64,000 nt of DNA from an uncultured Clostridia bacterium (GTDB taxonomy: Bacteria > Bacillota > Clostridia > Christensenellales > UBA1242): contig CALWTE010000015.1 of the NCBI GenBank assembly GCA_944384375.1, forward strand, positions 2,237-66,236, written 5' to 3'. Both the position numbers and the translations under genes were made by a program. Under the pieces are notes generated by a model, which was not told the DNA's origin, did not search any database, and saw only the letters and a list, made by a program, of their open reading frames with translations. Below, piece by piece: positions 39,401 through 49,714 of this stretch (position 1 is its first letter; every line of letters begins with the position of its first letter).

Positions 39401-39913
39401 GATATGTACTGTAAAATTTTGGATAGCAGTATAGCAATGGCAAAGGGTGAGCCTATTCCAGAATACAAGCCTGTTAAAATTGAAGTGGATATTGATGCCT
39501 TTGTGCCTGATTCCTTTGAGCAAGACAAAGTGCAAAGAATGGAAATTTACAGCGCTATTGCTAATATTACAAACGATAGTGATGCCGAGAATGTTACAGC
39601 ACAAATTCAAGACAAGTATGGCTCTGTTCCCGATGCGGTAACGGGCTTAATTAAAGTGGCTACACTCAAGGCAAAGTGCCAGCAACTAGGGGTGGAGCGT
39701 GTCAGTGTTACAAAGCAAAAGACGAATTTTTACATTCCGCAAAACAATACAGATTTAATAAACAGGTTTTCTAGCAATGCGGGGGCGGATTTTATGGTAT
39801 ATAAAAAAGACAGTATGTCAATAATTTCTCATAGCAATCAAGATTTAAAGATTGATAAAATTTGGGATAACACATTCGCTTTTTTGAATAAAATGCTGGC
39901 AAAATCTGCCTAA
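36431..39913 (+). CDS. mfd: Transcription-repair coupling factor
   Basis: UvrB-like N-terminus (RGDVIDIFP), CarD-like VVHAIHGIG, MDRLIVGDVGYGKTEVA, DEEQRFG, QLYQLRGRVGR, TRG motif. Confidence 0.98.
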   Translation: MEEMQIPVKFLAQDSKIVEFFDKLHSQSQVSVFGLNLGSRVFLSSQIEDFVCFVAENAEKADEISKDLISLGKKVATITKLSDDFTFHLMEFGNTGLNLQTQIYNIVNKKVDCCVITPELLCGCFAPKEVWAQSSLSLKKGDNIDPEELQSSLARIGYTRVDSVEEGGQFAVRGDVIDIFPINSELPYRLHFFDTEIEKLTTFNVLTQFSIKEEKGVDICPNAFVLGEREIQDLKAELLHQFDLNKSKAAKAKNPSEFLQALENLKYVSDMININIPRNAWNFISAFTQSSSLLELLPENSVVIIDQPKQCFDAIAEYTESVGESIADFIKTGQLVPLHKNLIPSFDNIKQSLESFYAVCFQSIMVQNKFFNPKAVIDFQDLPLPRLNNNYEQFATELKEFLDGGYRIILTVGESASAEDVYSNLSKYIKCEKIAKLDDASTSHINILVNSLYLGALFIQDKLMLLGAVETKFVRARDKTWDKQMVKVTDRFTLPEVGEYVVHAIHGIGVCEGVTQLTINNAKRDYIVISYKNNDKLYVPTEQLDMLGRYIGGEKAPTLSAIGSNAFEKEKQKVRESVKKLAFDLLALYREREKSKGIVMRVDSATMAEFESSFGYTPTPDQEKAFEDVYRDLASGKIMDRLIVGDVGYGKTEVAIRAAFVAVMSGYQVAVVVPTTILSEQHYNTFSARLKNYGFEVRCLNRFKTAKEQKQIIEEVKDGKVNILIGTHRVLSKDVEFDNLGLLIIDEEQRFGVGDKEKIKNTKKNVHVLTLTATPIPRTLHISLVGIRDISTIETPPLDRLPVQTVVSQFSYNLISTAIKRELSRGGQTLVVYPRIENIENFANSLRAELGESVRIGVAHGRMEKSKIEQVILALYQGDIDCLVATTLIENGIDLPNANTLFVVSAEQLGLSQLYQLRGRVGRSDKLAWAYFTYMDEGKLTSTAYERLATLMQFTSLGSGFKIAMRDLQLRGAGNVLGPEQHGQMEKVGYDMYCKILDSSIAMAKGEPIPEYKPVKIEVDIDAFVPDSFEQDKVQRMEIYSAIANITNDSDAENVTAQIQDKYGSVPDAVTGLIKVATLKAKCQQLGVERVSVTKQKTNFYIPQNNTDLINRFSSNAGADFMVYKKDSMSIISHSNQDLKIDKIWDNTFAFLNKMLAKSA

Positions 39914-39981
39914 AAAAGATTGCCAAACAGCAATTTTTATGCTAAAATAAATTTACTTATAATTTATATGGAGATAATAAC

Positions 39982-41727
39982 GTGGCTAAAATAAGATTTT
40001 TCAGGTTTTTTATGCTGGCTTTGTGCATCTGCCTTGTGCCTGCTTTCGCTGGTTGTAGTTTGGTTACTACAAATTTAAACAAGCAGTTGAGCGAAGTCGC
40101 AATGAGTTTTGATAATGGTAGAGTTGAAATAACTCGTGAAGAATTGATTGTTCTTTATAACTCTATGGGTAACAGCCAGTTTGATAACGGCTCTACACCG
40201 ACAAAAGAAGGTGTGGAATCTACTCTAGAACTTGCCCTTAATAGAGAAATACTAGTTGACTTTTTGACAGCAGACGATATGGCAGATTTACGTAGCGAAT
40301 TAAATGTCCAAAAGATTACACTTACTATGGCTCAGGCTAACGATGTATGGCGTAATGTTTATGATTATATCAATACAGCAGTGGAAAGTTATGAGACAGA
40401 TTTAAGGGCTGACGATGATGCACAACTTCCTACAACGACAGATGAAGAAACTGACTCTACTGCATACACACCTTATGACAAGACTTACCTTTGGGATACT
40501 CTTACAAACACTTTGGTAAAACAAACAGAAGAAGTACATGCAGAGAATGAATCAGTCGCTTTGTTTGACACGACTGCTGACTTGTCTTTCTCGGAAAAAG
40601 CAGACATCGCTTACGAGACTTTCCGTAAATTGTACTGGAACTATACAGACAGTATTGAAATGAATCCAAATGCTACAAACACTACAAGTTACAGCGACCG
40701 TGCGTGGACTCAATTTATTAATCAACTTATCCAAAATGAAAATGGTAGGAATTTAAGTACCGACCCAGAAGAAGTTTTCTTACGTCAAGTTGAAATTATT
40801 TACAAACTTTACTATGAAAACGCAGTTTTGCAGGCTTTCCAAGAGAGATTTGAAGACGGCCTTGCAGTAACTAAACAAATGGTTTACGAAAAATATCAAG
40901 AATTATACAATGAGCAATTTGAAGAATTCAGCACAAACTCGTCCGCTTTTGACGATTTAGTGGCTACCAGCGCACAAGACGTTTACTATATGCAGAACAC
41001 TAGCGGATACTTTAAAGTAAATCACATTTTGGTTGAATTTAACGACCCATCAGGTAAGATTGAAGATATATCTGCCGAAATTGAAAATTTACAAGAACAA
41101 TTAGACAACTTAATGATTGATAAAGAAACTTATGACAAAAAGGTTGCTGCCCTAAAGTCAAAGACAATGGCATACAATCGTGAGACGGGTCAGTATGAGC
41201 CTAGGTCTGATGTAATGAATAGTTTAGTTAGTTCATTAAATTCAGCGCAATCACAGTCAGCAAAACTAGCAGTTTTCCGTGACTTTATGCACAAGTATTC
41301 TAATGATGATGCTACACTCAATGCCGAAGCATGCTACTACATTCCTACTGATTCTAGTTTAGACAGTATGGTAACCGAATTTGCAGACGCTAGCCGTGAT
41401 ATTTACGACAACGGCAATGGCACAGTGGGCACAATTACAGGTTGGGTGGAAACTGAGTACGGCTACCACATTATTATGTACACAGGTACACCTACTAATG
41501 TTGACGCAAATGGTGCAATTGATGTAGTTTTATCAGCATTAAACAACTATTACTTAAACCCTGTTTACAGTAGCAATCGTTACGAAAGCAAAACTATGCT
41601 TGATAAGGTTATTGAGCAAGTTACTTTGGCTAGTTACTCTACATTAGAATCTAACATTTTAGACGCTATAAAAGCAAATAAAGATATCGTAACAAGTGAA
41701 AGTGTATATAGCGACTTATATTCTTAA
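39982..41727 (+). CDS. Lipoprotein peptidyl-prolyl isomerase / foldase (PrsA/SurA-like)
   Basis: Lipobox FAGC; VNHILV, MVTEFADA, WVETEYGYHII parvulin features; follows mfd as prsA-like genes often do. Confidence 0.75.
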   Translation: MAKIRFFRFFMLALCICLVPAFAGCSLVTTNLNKQLSEVAMSFDNGRVEITREELIVLYNSMGNSQFDNGSTPTKEGVESTLELALNREILVDFLTADDMADLRSELNVQKITLTMAQANDVWRNVYDYINTAVESYETDLRADDDAQLPTTTDEETDSTAYTPYDKTYLWDTLTNTLVKQTEEVHAENESVALFDTTADLSFSEKADIAYETFRKLYWNYTDSIEMNPNATNTTSYSDRAWTQFINQLIQNENGRNLSTDPEEVFLRQVEIIYKLYYENAVLQAFQERFEDGLAVTKQMVYEKYQELYNEQFEEFSTNSSAFDDLVATSAQDVYYMQNTSGYFKVNHILVEFNDPSGKIEDISAEIENLQEQLDNLMIDKETYDKKVAALKSKTMAYNRETGQYEPRSDVMNSLVSSLNSAQSQSAKLAVFRDFMHKYSNDDATLNAEACYYIPTDSSLDSMVTEFADASRDIYDNGNGTVGTITGWVETEYGYHIIMYTGTPTNVDANGAIDVVLSALNNYYLNPVYSSNRYESKTMLDKVIEQVTLASYSTLESNILDAIKANKDIVTSESVYSDLYS

Positions 41728-41732
41728 ATATT

Positions 41733-41760
41733 AAACGCCTAAATTTGTAGGCGTTTTTTT
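41733..41760 (+). terminator. Intrinsic terminator
   Basis: AAACGCCTA-aatttg-TAGGCGTTTTTTT. Confidence 0.8.
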
Positions 41761-41824
41761 ATCAAAACTAATGACTTTTTATAGACTATGTGGTAAAATA
41801 ATTTAAAACAAAAAGGAGATAATT

Positions 41825-42478
41825 ATGAATTACAGTGGTATGCTAGTTACTTTTGAAGGTGGCGAAGGTGCGGGCAAGAGTACGCACGCAGAATTATTAA
41901 AAAACTATCTTGCACAAAAAGGTTTGTCTTTTTTTGCTACTCGTGAGCCAGGTGGTACTGACTTTTCTGAGGCAGTACGTGCTTTGACAAAGGATATTCG
42001 TTTTGCTGATAAGAGTAAAATTAGTGAGTTATTCTTGTTTGAAGCAGCTCGTGCAGATATCGTAGAAAAACGCGTTATTCCTGCCCTAAAAGAAGGCAAA
42101 ATCGTAATTATGGATAGGTTTTACGATTCTACTACCGTTTATCAAAGTTTCGGTAGGGGCGTAAATCGTGCTGATGTGGAACGTTTTAATATGGTGGCTG
42201 CACAAGGACTTGTGCCAGATTTGACGATATATTTAAGAGTGCAACCAAAGGAAGCCTTTGAGCGTAAGGGCGGAGTGGACGCAAATGACGCAATAGAGCA
42301 GAGTGGAATGGATTTCCACGAGAGAGTGAGAAAGGGCTTTGATACTCTAGCAAAGGAAAATCCAGATAGATTTTTAGTTGTTGATGCCTCTCAACCTATT
42401 GCCAAAGTTTTTGAGCAAGTTATAGGCGCTTTTGAGAGCAAATACAATGCAAAACAATCATCATTACAAAAGGAATAA
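41825..42478 (+). CDS. tmk: Thymidylate kinase
   Basis: TFEGGEGAGKST, TREPGGT, LFEAARA, IMDRF. Confidence 0.97.
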   Translation: MNYSGMLVTFEGGEGAGKSTHAELLKNYLAQKGLSFFATREPGGTDFSEAVRALTKDIRFADKSKISELFLFEAARADIVEKRVIPALKEGKIVIMDRFYDSTTVYQSFGRGVNRADVERFNMVAAQGLVPDLTIYLRVQPKEAFERKGGVDANDAIEQSGMDFHERVRKGFDTLAKENPDRFLVVDASQPIAKVFEQVIGAFESKYNAKQSSLQKE

Positions 42479-42481
42479 AAG

Positions 42482-43435
42482 TTGAAAAATTTAGAAAAAT
42501 TTAAAGAAAACGCAGTTTATTTTGACGCAGTAAATGGCAAATTAGCGCACAGTCTGTTGCTTATTAGTACTGACGAATATGCTTTGGAAAATTTTACGCA
42601 AAATTTAGTTAAAACGCTAATGTGTGCGGGGGAAAACAAGCCTTGCGGGGAGTGTAGCGAGTGCCGTAAAATAGAGCATAAAAACCACGTAGATGTGCTG
42701 TATTACCCTAAAAATGCTAAAACACTAAATTCAAATGAGATTGCAGAACTGATTGACTCAGCCTTTCAAGCGCCTTATACAGCGGATAAGAAGATTTTTG
42801 TCATTCAAAACGCAAATAATATTGATATTTCTATGCAAAATAAATTGCTAAAAACACTAGAAGAACCACCACACAACACTTACTTTTTATTGCAGGCGAC
42901 TGATGATAACAATATTTTGCAAACTATAAAATCACGTTGCCGTATAGTGCAAGTGCCTAGTGTTGATGATGACGAAATTTTAGCCGAATTAAGTAAGTTT
43001 AATTTGGATAGAGAGCAACAAAAAAATATTTTGCTTTATTGCGAAAATAATTGCAGTTTAGCGCTAAAATTTGCTAGTTCTAGTGATTTTATGGAGTTTG
43101 TGAAGTTATCTCATAATATTTTGCAGAACTACCGCAAATCGTCTCAAATGCTAGATTTTGCTTCCGTTCTGTATAAATTAGACGATGGTTTTGAAGAATT
43201 TTTAAACATTTTCCTAAAAGATTGCAGTTTTGTGATTAGATACTTATGCACAAATGAAAGTGTTAATGAAATTGCTCTAACTGTTGCGAAAGATTTTAGC
43301 GTAGATGCTTTAGTTAATATTGTTAAAAATTGCAATGATTTAATTGAAAAACGTGCTAGAAATTGTAATTTTAATACTATTGTTGATTCATTTTTGTTAA
43401 TGATTTTGGAGGTTAGACATAAGTGGCCAGTATAA
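42482..43435 (+). CDS. holB: DNA polymerase III subunit delta'
   Basis: CGECSEC zinc site, H-x-D, KIFVI, QNKLLKTLEEPP, TIKSRC; TTG start. Confidence 0.93.
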   Translation: MKNLEKFKENAVYFDAVNGKLAHSLLLISTDEYALENFTQNLVKTLMCAGENKPCGECSECRKIEHKNHVDVLYYPKNAKTLNSNEIAELIDSAFQAPYTADKKIFVIQNANNIDISMQNKLLKTLEEPPHNTYFLLQATDDNNILQTIKSRCRIVQVPSVDDDEILAELSKFNLDREQQKNILLYCENNCSLALKFASSSDFMEFVKLSHNILQNYRKSSQMLDFASVLYKLDDGFEEFLNIFLKDCSFVIRYLCTNESVNEIALTVAKDFSVDALVNIVKNCNDLIEKRARNCNFNTIVDSFLLMILEVRHKWPV

Positions 43436-44229
43436 TAAATGTTAGATTAAATGATGCTAGAGTGTTGCCAGTCAGTTTTGAAAATTTGGACTTGAAATTA
43501 GGTGAAAAAGTAATCGTACAACTAGACGACTTTTTGGAATTTGGTACGACTTTGCACCCAGTAAAAGCAGAAGTAGAACCAGTCGGCACAGTTGTGAGAA
43601 TTGCCACCGAGCAAGATATTTCTCAAAACGAGCAGAATTTAAGTTTTAGAGAGCAAGACAAGGCAAAAGTGCTAGAACGCGTTACTTTAGCGGGTTTGGA
43701 GATGAAATTAGTGGCAGTTTTACGCTCTTTTGATAACAAAAAAATATTAATTATGTATACGGCAGACGATAGGGTAGATTTCCGTAATTTAGTGCGTGAT
43801 TTGGCGGGCATTTTTAAAATGCGTGTTGAAATGCGTCAAATTAGCGAACGCGATGAAGCAAGGTTCGTGGGTGGTTGCGGTATGTGCGGACAAGAAGTTT
43901 GCTGCCGCAGATTTTTGGGGCAACCTAGACAAACGTCAATTAAAATGGCAAAAATTCAAGGTCAAGCACTTACCCCTAACAAAATTAACGGGTTGTGCGG
44001 TAAGTTAATGTGTTGCTTGCAGTACGAGTATTCTCAGTATAAAGAGATTTTGGATAATATGCCAGTGATAGATAGTAGAGTCAAAACTCCTAAAGGTGAA
44101 GGTGCTGTCGTTTATAATGATTGCATAAATGAATTAGTCGCCGTTAGACTAGACAATGCGGAAGAGCTCTCTAAATTCAAAATGGAAGAACTAGAAATTC
44201 TCTCCGTTCCGGAGACGGAAGATGAATAA
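43423..44229 (+). CDS. ricT: PSP1/RicT (YaaT) family protein
   Basis: RVDFRNLVRDLA, RVEMRQI..RDEAR..GGCGMCGQEVCC, KINGLCGKLMCCLQYE. Confidence 0.9.
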   Translation: MASIINVRLNDARVLPVSFENLDLKLGEKVIVQLDDFLEFGTTLHPVKAEVEPVGTVVRIATEQDISQNEQNLSFREQDKAKVLERVTLAGLEMKLVAVLRSFDNKKILIMYTADDRVDFRNLVRDLAGIFKMRVEMRQISERDEARFVGGCGMCGQEVCCRRFLGQPRQTSIKMAKIQGQALTPNKINGLCGKLMCCLQYEYSQYKEILDNMPVIDSRVKTPKGEGAVVYNDCINELVAVRLDNAEELSKFKMEELEILSVPETEDE

Positions 44230-45046
44230 GGGAAAAGTTTATTTTGTAGGTACACCTATAGGGAATTTAGCCGACATCACCTTGCGTGCATTAGACACTT
44301 TAAAAAATGTAGATTTGATTGCGTGCGAAGACACACGACACAGTAGTATATTACTTCAACATTATGATATTAAAAAGCCAACTTTTAGTTACCATAAATT
44401 TAATGAAAAAACCGCCACTCAAAAAATAATTTCGCAAGTGAGAGATGGTAAAAATATAGCCGTCATTAGTGATGCTGGAATGCCTGCGATTAGCGACCCT
44501 GGATTTGTTCTCTTAGATGAGTTAATTAAAAATGATATAGAATACGAAATCATACCAGGCGTGAGTGCTGTGGTTACCGCTCTTGTGGGCAGTGGGTTGG
44601 ATACGCAACATTTTGTGTTTGGTGGATTTTTGCCAGATAAAAAAATAGAGCGCGAGACTTTGCTACAAAAATTAAGTTTAGCCGAAAGTACAATAATTTT
44701 ATATTCAGCCGACCACGATTTAGAAAAAGATTTGGAAACTTGCTTTGCTGTTTTAGGTAGTAGGCGAGTAGTGGTAGCAAATGATTTAACCAAAAAATTT
44801 GAACGTTTTTATCGCGGCGTATTAGGTGAGTTAAAAATTGAAAACATCAAGGGCGAATTTGTAATTTTAATTGAAGGCTTGCCCGTACATAATGACTTAA
44901 ACGATTTAAGCATATTAGAGCATTACAACTATTATTTAAATTCGGGCATAGATAAAAAAGAGGCTATTAAAAAAGTAGCCAAAGATAGACAAGTAAGTAA
45001 AAGCACAATTTATAATGAAATATTAAAAATTACCGAAAAACATTAA
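44222..45046 (+). CDS. rsmI: 16S rRNA (cytidine1402-2'-O)-methyltransferase
   Basis: VGTPIGNLADIT, ACEDTR, VISDAGMPAISDPG, IPGVSA. Confidence 0.96.
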   Translation: MNKGKVYFVGTPIGNLADITLRALDTLKNVDLIACEDTRHSSILLQHYDIKKPTFSYHKFNEKTATQKIISQVRDGKNIAVISDAGMPAISDPGFVLLDELIKNDIEYEIIPGVSAVVTALVGSGLDTQHFVFGGFLPDKKIERETLLQKLSLAESTIILYSADHDLEKDLETCFAVLGSRRVVVANDLTKKFERFYRGVLGELKIENIKGEFVILIEGLPVHNDLNDLSILEHYNYYLNSGIDKKEAIKKVAKDRQVSKSTIYNEILKITEKH

Positions 45047-45545
45047 AAAAAATGTAAAAATTAATTAATTTTTTTGAATTAATACAAAAATTAACAATTA
45101 GTTTTTTCTAGAAATTAATTTAATTAAGATATAAAAAACTAAACAATTTATTAGTATTAATAATTAGAGTAAAAAAATAAAAAAATCAAAAATAGTGGAA
45201 AAAATATAGAATTGAACACCAAAATAAATATTTTTTGGAAAGTATTTCAATAAAACTTTATTTTTGAAAATTAATAAAAAACAGACACTATCTGCGTAAA
45301 TTTTGCGACTTAGTGCCTGTTTTTTGTTGTTTACTAACATAAATTATAGATTATTATTAATTAAAAATAAATTTAAATTTATTAATTCTTAGTAAAAATT
45401 AATATAAATTGAGTAAAATTAACTATAAAAATATTTAATGTTTAAACCTAAAAAATCAAAGATTTCGTATAAAAATATTTCTTATTTTAGTCTAAAAGAA
45501 TTAATAAATTAATTTATAAAAACATTTACAATTTATATATAAAAA

Positions 45546-47825
45546 TTAAGTACGACTGCTATGGCAAACTAGGTAAATAACTTGAAATTCTTTGCTCAGT
45601 TCTTGCAATAATTTTAAGCCACTTTCCGTCTTTTTATCGTCTAAATTATAGAAAGGGTCGTCCATAATTAGTGGCGGAGTTTCGTCTTCAAACAATGTCT
45701 TAATTAATGCAAGACGAATACACAATTCAATTATATCTCTTATACCATGACTAAAATATTTTGTTTGTTTTTTCTCGCCCAACTTTTCAATTTTAACTTC
45801 TAGTTTTGTATCAATGCTGACATTTTCAAAATCATCGCCCAAAAACTTTTTAGCATACATTTTAAAGGCATCACATAGGGGAGTGAGATATTTACTAGTT
45901 AAATTGTTGCGTGCCAAATCTAAGTACTCGCGAGTGTGCTTGATTGTTTGCCAGTTTGCTTTTGCGGTTTGCAATTCTTCTTCTAACTCAATTTCTTTAT
46001 CTTTGTAAAAACCTAATTTATCAGCCTTATTTGAATAATTTATAAGGCTAGAATTTAACACGCTGTTTTGGTGAATTATATCATCACGCGCCAGTTCTAA
46101 TTGATTAATTTTGTTCTCCAACGGTGATAAATCAATATTTTCTTCATTTTTTTGCGAATTTTCGTCAATTTTATTGTTTTCTACAAAGTTTTTGATTTCG
46201 TTTTCTTTGTCTTCATAATTTTTGTTTAAAATTTCTAGCCGTTCTACATTTGCTTGCAGTTCGTTGTGATTTGAAGTAAATCTATCAGCAGGGTTAAAAA
46301 ACTGGCTGTAATACTGAACGAGAGCGTTGTAATACCTTTGCTGATTTTTTTGCATTTTTTCTTTGTTTTGGGCGCGCTGTTCTTCTTCGGTAAGCAAATC
46401 TTTATATGTTTTTAAATTAAACTTAATATTATAAATACTGTCGCTAAAATCTTGCGTGCTTTCCCCAAAACGCGAAACAAATTCCGTCAATTCATTACGC
46501 ATTTCATTTGAATTTTCATTAATTTGATTTAAATTGTTCATTGCGGTAATTTTTGCTGGGCTTTGGTAAGATTTACTCAAAAAAATCATACAAGCGCCGC
46601 CGAGCAGACATAATGCACTGACAATGGCTAAAATTATTGTAATAGTCGTATTAGGGACAACGATTGCTTGGATAATTAGTGCAAGTAGGGCAAGGGCTCC
46701 TAGACCGAAAAGTACAAAACTTAAAATTTTAAATGGCGAACTTGTTTTGCTTATAACAGTTTGGGAAAGTTGAATGCTAGAATGCATATTATTTAATTTT
46801 AAAAGATTAGCATTCGCTTTTTCTAGTTCATTCTTTGTCGGCACGCCGTTTTTAAAATAATCTTTTAACTTTTGTAGTTTAATTGTATTGATACTACTTT
46901 CGTAATTTTCTAAGGTAGTTACCGCTTTGTTATATTCTCTTTGCCAGTCTAGAAGTTCTTCTAATTGAAGTTTGCTAGGCGGGTCATTTTTAAAAAATTC
47001 TAGCAGTTTTTTGCGTTCATTGTCTATTTTTTGCAATTCATTTTTCAAACTATTGTAATGGGCATAAACAGCCTGCGCCGTTCTTTCGTCATTGATAGAT
47101 TGAATTTTAGAACGCAAAATGTTAATTTGTGCGTTAATTTCTGCAATTTTTTGTTGGTTTTCAGTGAAATTTTGATTTAACCTGTCCGCTTCTTGCTTTG
47201 CTGTTTCGCAATCGTCAATAGTTTTGCGGACTTGCTGTAATTCACTTTCCAACTGATAAATTTTACCGCCTTTACCTCTTTGATATTGAAGACTTGTTTC
47301 TTTTTCTTGTAGTTTTTTATCTACTTCACTTAAATCAATGTTTTCGTCATTTTTAACCAGTTTGCCTAGTTTTGCCCTGATGCTGTCATCACTGGCATTT
47401 GAAAACAAGCCCTGTTCAATATATGTAGAGCGCATAAAAGTATCAGCATTTATCCCTAGCGTCTTTTCTATAAAATCATTATCAGGCAGGGGAGTGTTAG
47501 TTTGCAAATCGTAAATAGTCACAGTGTCTTTTGAAAGTGTTGTACCAAAAAAGCGTTCAATTCGGTAGGACTTGCCCTTTAACGTTAGTTCCAGCCAGCC
47601 ACCAAATTTACCACCTTGCCATGGCGTGTATTTTGCACGTTCGTTTTCGTCTAAATCACGTTTTGTTGTAACAGGTAGACCAAATAGCATCGCCTTAATA
47701 AAACTAGCAAAAGTACTTTTGCCCCAACCATTTTCTTGCAATATTATATTTAAATTATCGTTAAAATCATATTTAAATTCGTGTAATTTTCCGTAATTTT
47801 GCACATAACAGCGGAGAAGTTTCAT
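45546..47825 (-). CDS. YhaN/SbcC-like SMC-type ATPase with internal TM hairpin
   Basis: Walker A ENGWGKST, long coiled coil, two central TM helices, FSHG signature variant, Walker B LIMDDPF. Confidence 0.85.
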   Translation of the reverse strand: MKLLRCYVQNYGKLHEFKYDFNDNLNIILQENGWGKSTFASFIKAMLFGLPVTTKRDLDENERAKYTPWQGGKFGGWLELTLKGKSYRIERFFGTTLSKDTVTIYDLQTNTPLPDNDFIEKTLGINADTFMRSTYIEQGLFSNASDDSIRAKLGKLVKNDENIDLSEVDKKLQEKETSLQYQRGKGGKIYQLESELQQVRKTIDDCETAKQEADRLNQNFTENQQKIAEINAQINILRSKIQSINDERTAQAVYAHYNSLKNELQKIDNERKKLLEFFKNDPPSKLQLEELLDWQREYNKAVTTLENYESSINTIKLQKLKDYFKNGVPTKNELEKANANLLKLNNMHSSIQLSQTVISKTSSPFKILSFVLFGLGALALLALIIQAIVVPNTTITIILAIVSALCLLGGACMIFLSKSYQSPAKITAMNNLNQINENSNEMRNELTEFVSRFGESTQDFSDSIYNIKFNLKTYKDLLTEEEQRAQNKEKMQKNQQRYYNALVQYYSQFFNPADRFTSNHNELQANVERLEILNKNYEDKENEIKNFVENNKIDENSQKNEENIDLSPLENKINQLELARDDIIHQNSVLNSSLINYSNKADKLGFYKDKEIELEEELQTAKANWQTIKHTREYLDLARNNLTSKYLTPLCDAFKMYAKKFLGDDFENVSIDTKLEVKIEKLGEKKQTKYFSHGIRDIIELCIRLALIKTLFEDETPPLIMDDPFYNLDDKKTESGLKLLQELSKEFQVIYLVCHSSRT

Positions 47826-48901
47826 AGTTCCACCTCCTCGCCATTTAGGGTGCGAAGTCCTAAGATAATGACTCTGTCTTGTTCTTCGGGAGAAAGATTG
47901 CTCTCACGCACAGTGCGTACGAACTCGCCCGCAATAGATAAATCATATTTGTATTTATCTAAATCAAGTTTTGGCTTCGTTTTGTCCTTTATTTGCACGT
48001 AAAAATATTGATTTTGCAGTTCCGTTGTGGCAAGTTGTAAGTATTTTTGTGTTTGCTCATCATATGAGCCTATAAAGACAATTCGCACTAAACTATCACG
48101 GCTGATTCCGTCTAGGGCATCAGTTATGGCAGACTTAATTTCACGTAAGGTGTTTAAGCCTGTAATGTCTACTTTAATTTCTTCTAGCGTTCGTCTAGCA
48201 AAAGGCACAAAAGTGGTGTTTAAATGCTTGTTTTGTATGTCTAGTAAAATAAACCCTTTTTGCCCACATTCATCAAAGCCACGTCCTTCTAGACACCCGC
48301 TGTATGCATAGGTGGCACGTTCGTCTAGCCTACCTAAACGATAAGTGTGCAAATGCCCGAGTGCTAGATAATCAATATTTTTATGTTTTAATGCGTCAAA
48401 ATTGACGGTGTCGGGGGTGTTGTAATCATTTCCACGCACATCGCCACCATGTAGTACGACTATATTAAATTTATTTGCGTCAAGATTAAGGCTTTGATAA
48501 ATCGGCAAATTATTGTTGCCTAATATTACTCCATTTATGGTAACATCACCTAAATCGTAATTTGTCCATGTGTTGCCAAAAATTTTTAAGTTTTTAGGCA
48601 AATCTTCGCTATGGAGTAGGAGACTGTTTTCGTCGTGATTGCCGCAAAGGTAGTAAAAGTCAATATCGCTGCTATTTGTAATTAAATCAATTAGCACGTT
48701 ACGTGTTTTCAATCCACCATTGTCTGTGTCTAGCAAATCGCCCGCAATAATTATAGAATGTATATCTTCTTGCTTTGCGTAATTAACTAGACGGATAAAG
48801 GTGGATAAAATCTCATCACGACGCTGTTCTGCCTGTTCTAACGTCAAGTGCGTCTTCATACTAGCACCTAAATGCACATCACTGCAATGAATAATTTTCA
48901 T
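47822..48901 (-). CDS. YhaO/SbcD-like metallophosphoesterase nuclease
   Basis: HCSDVHLG, IAGDLLD, LCGNHD, VVLHG, YLALGHLH, YSGCLEGRGFDE. Confidence 0.92.
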   Translation of the reverse strand: MKIIHCSDVHLGASMKTHLTLEQAEQRRDEILSTFIRLVNYAKQEDIHSIIIAGDLLDTDNGGLKTRNVLIDLITNSSDIDFYYLCGNHDENSLLLHSEDLPKNLKIFGNTWTNYDLGDVTINGVILGNNNLPIYQSLNLDANKFNIVVLHGGDVRGNDYNTPDTVNFDALKHKNIDYLALGHLHTYRLGRLDERATYAYSGCLEGRGFDECGQKGFILLDIQNKHLNTTFVPFARRTLEEIKVDITGLNTLREIKSAITDALDGISRDSLVRIVFIGSYDEQTQKYLQLATTELQNQYFYVQIKDKTKPKLDLDKYKYDLSIAGEFVRTVRESNLSPEEQDRVIILGLRTLNGEEVEL

Positions 48902-48913
48902 TATTATATACTC

Positions 48914-49531
48914 CTAAATTTGTAAGTCTGTAAAAAAACCTGACATAACTATATCTATCTTTTTTTGTAGATTTTCACGAGCTTTTTCAAGAGACATATG
49001 GGTTAATGCCATTTCAACAAGGGAAGAAATCAGTAAACTAAACATGATATCACGTCTAAGTGAAAGTTGCTCGGAGATTGTAGGTGTGATTTCAACACCT
49101 TTATCCCTTAAATCTTGTTCTAGGCATTCATTTATGGCTTGTCCGAATTTTTTTAGAGTATTAATTAGGGCATCTTGTACTTCTAATGAAAGATTATTAT
49201 TGATTTTTTCTAAAAAAGAATGTTCAAAAGCACTTAAATGCGTAAAATAGTCAAAAACATCTAGCACAATACTAGGTACATCTTTGGCTTTGTGATAAAT
49301 ATTTAATAAATCTTGCTCTAATCTTTGCCTATACGCGTTGATTGTCGTAAGATATGCGTCTTCTTTATCGTTAAAATATAAGTAAAAACTGCCCCTTGAA
49401 ATTCCTGCTTGGTCGGCTATATCACGTACAGAAACATCTGCATAATCTTTGGTTGCAAATTCACGTGTTGCAGCCTTGATAATTGCGTTTTTGCGGTCGT
49501 TTTTAAGTCTTAAAAAATGTTCTGTTGGCAT
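48914..49531 (-). CDS. TetR/AcrR-family transcriptional regulator
   Basis: N-terminal HTH AIIKAATREF...VSVRDIADQAGISRGSFYLYFNDKED. Confidence 0.93.
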   Translation of the reverse strand: MPTEHFLRLKNDRKNAIIKAATREFATKDYADVSVRDIADQAGISRGSFYLYFNDKEDAYLTTINAYRQRLEQDLLNIYHKAKDVPSIVLDVFDYFTHLSAFEHSFLEKINNNLSLEVQDALINTLKKFGQAINECLEQDLRDKGVEITPTISEQLSLRRDIMFSLLISSLVEMALTHMSLEKARENLQKKIDIVMSGFFTDLQI

Positions 49532-49714
49532 AATGTAGAATCGTCCTTTTATTTTTATAATTATTTTAGTAAAATAATTATATCTAAAAATTATACACTT
49601 GTCTAGTATTTTAATGTGCTTACAAATATTTTATTTAGACTGTTTAAATTGCTTGCTATTTAAAATTGTATTTGATATAATGAATTATACTTTATTTGAG
49701 AGTTGGAGGAAATT

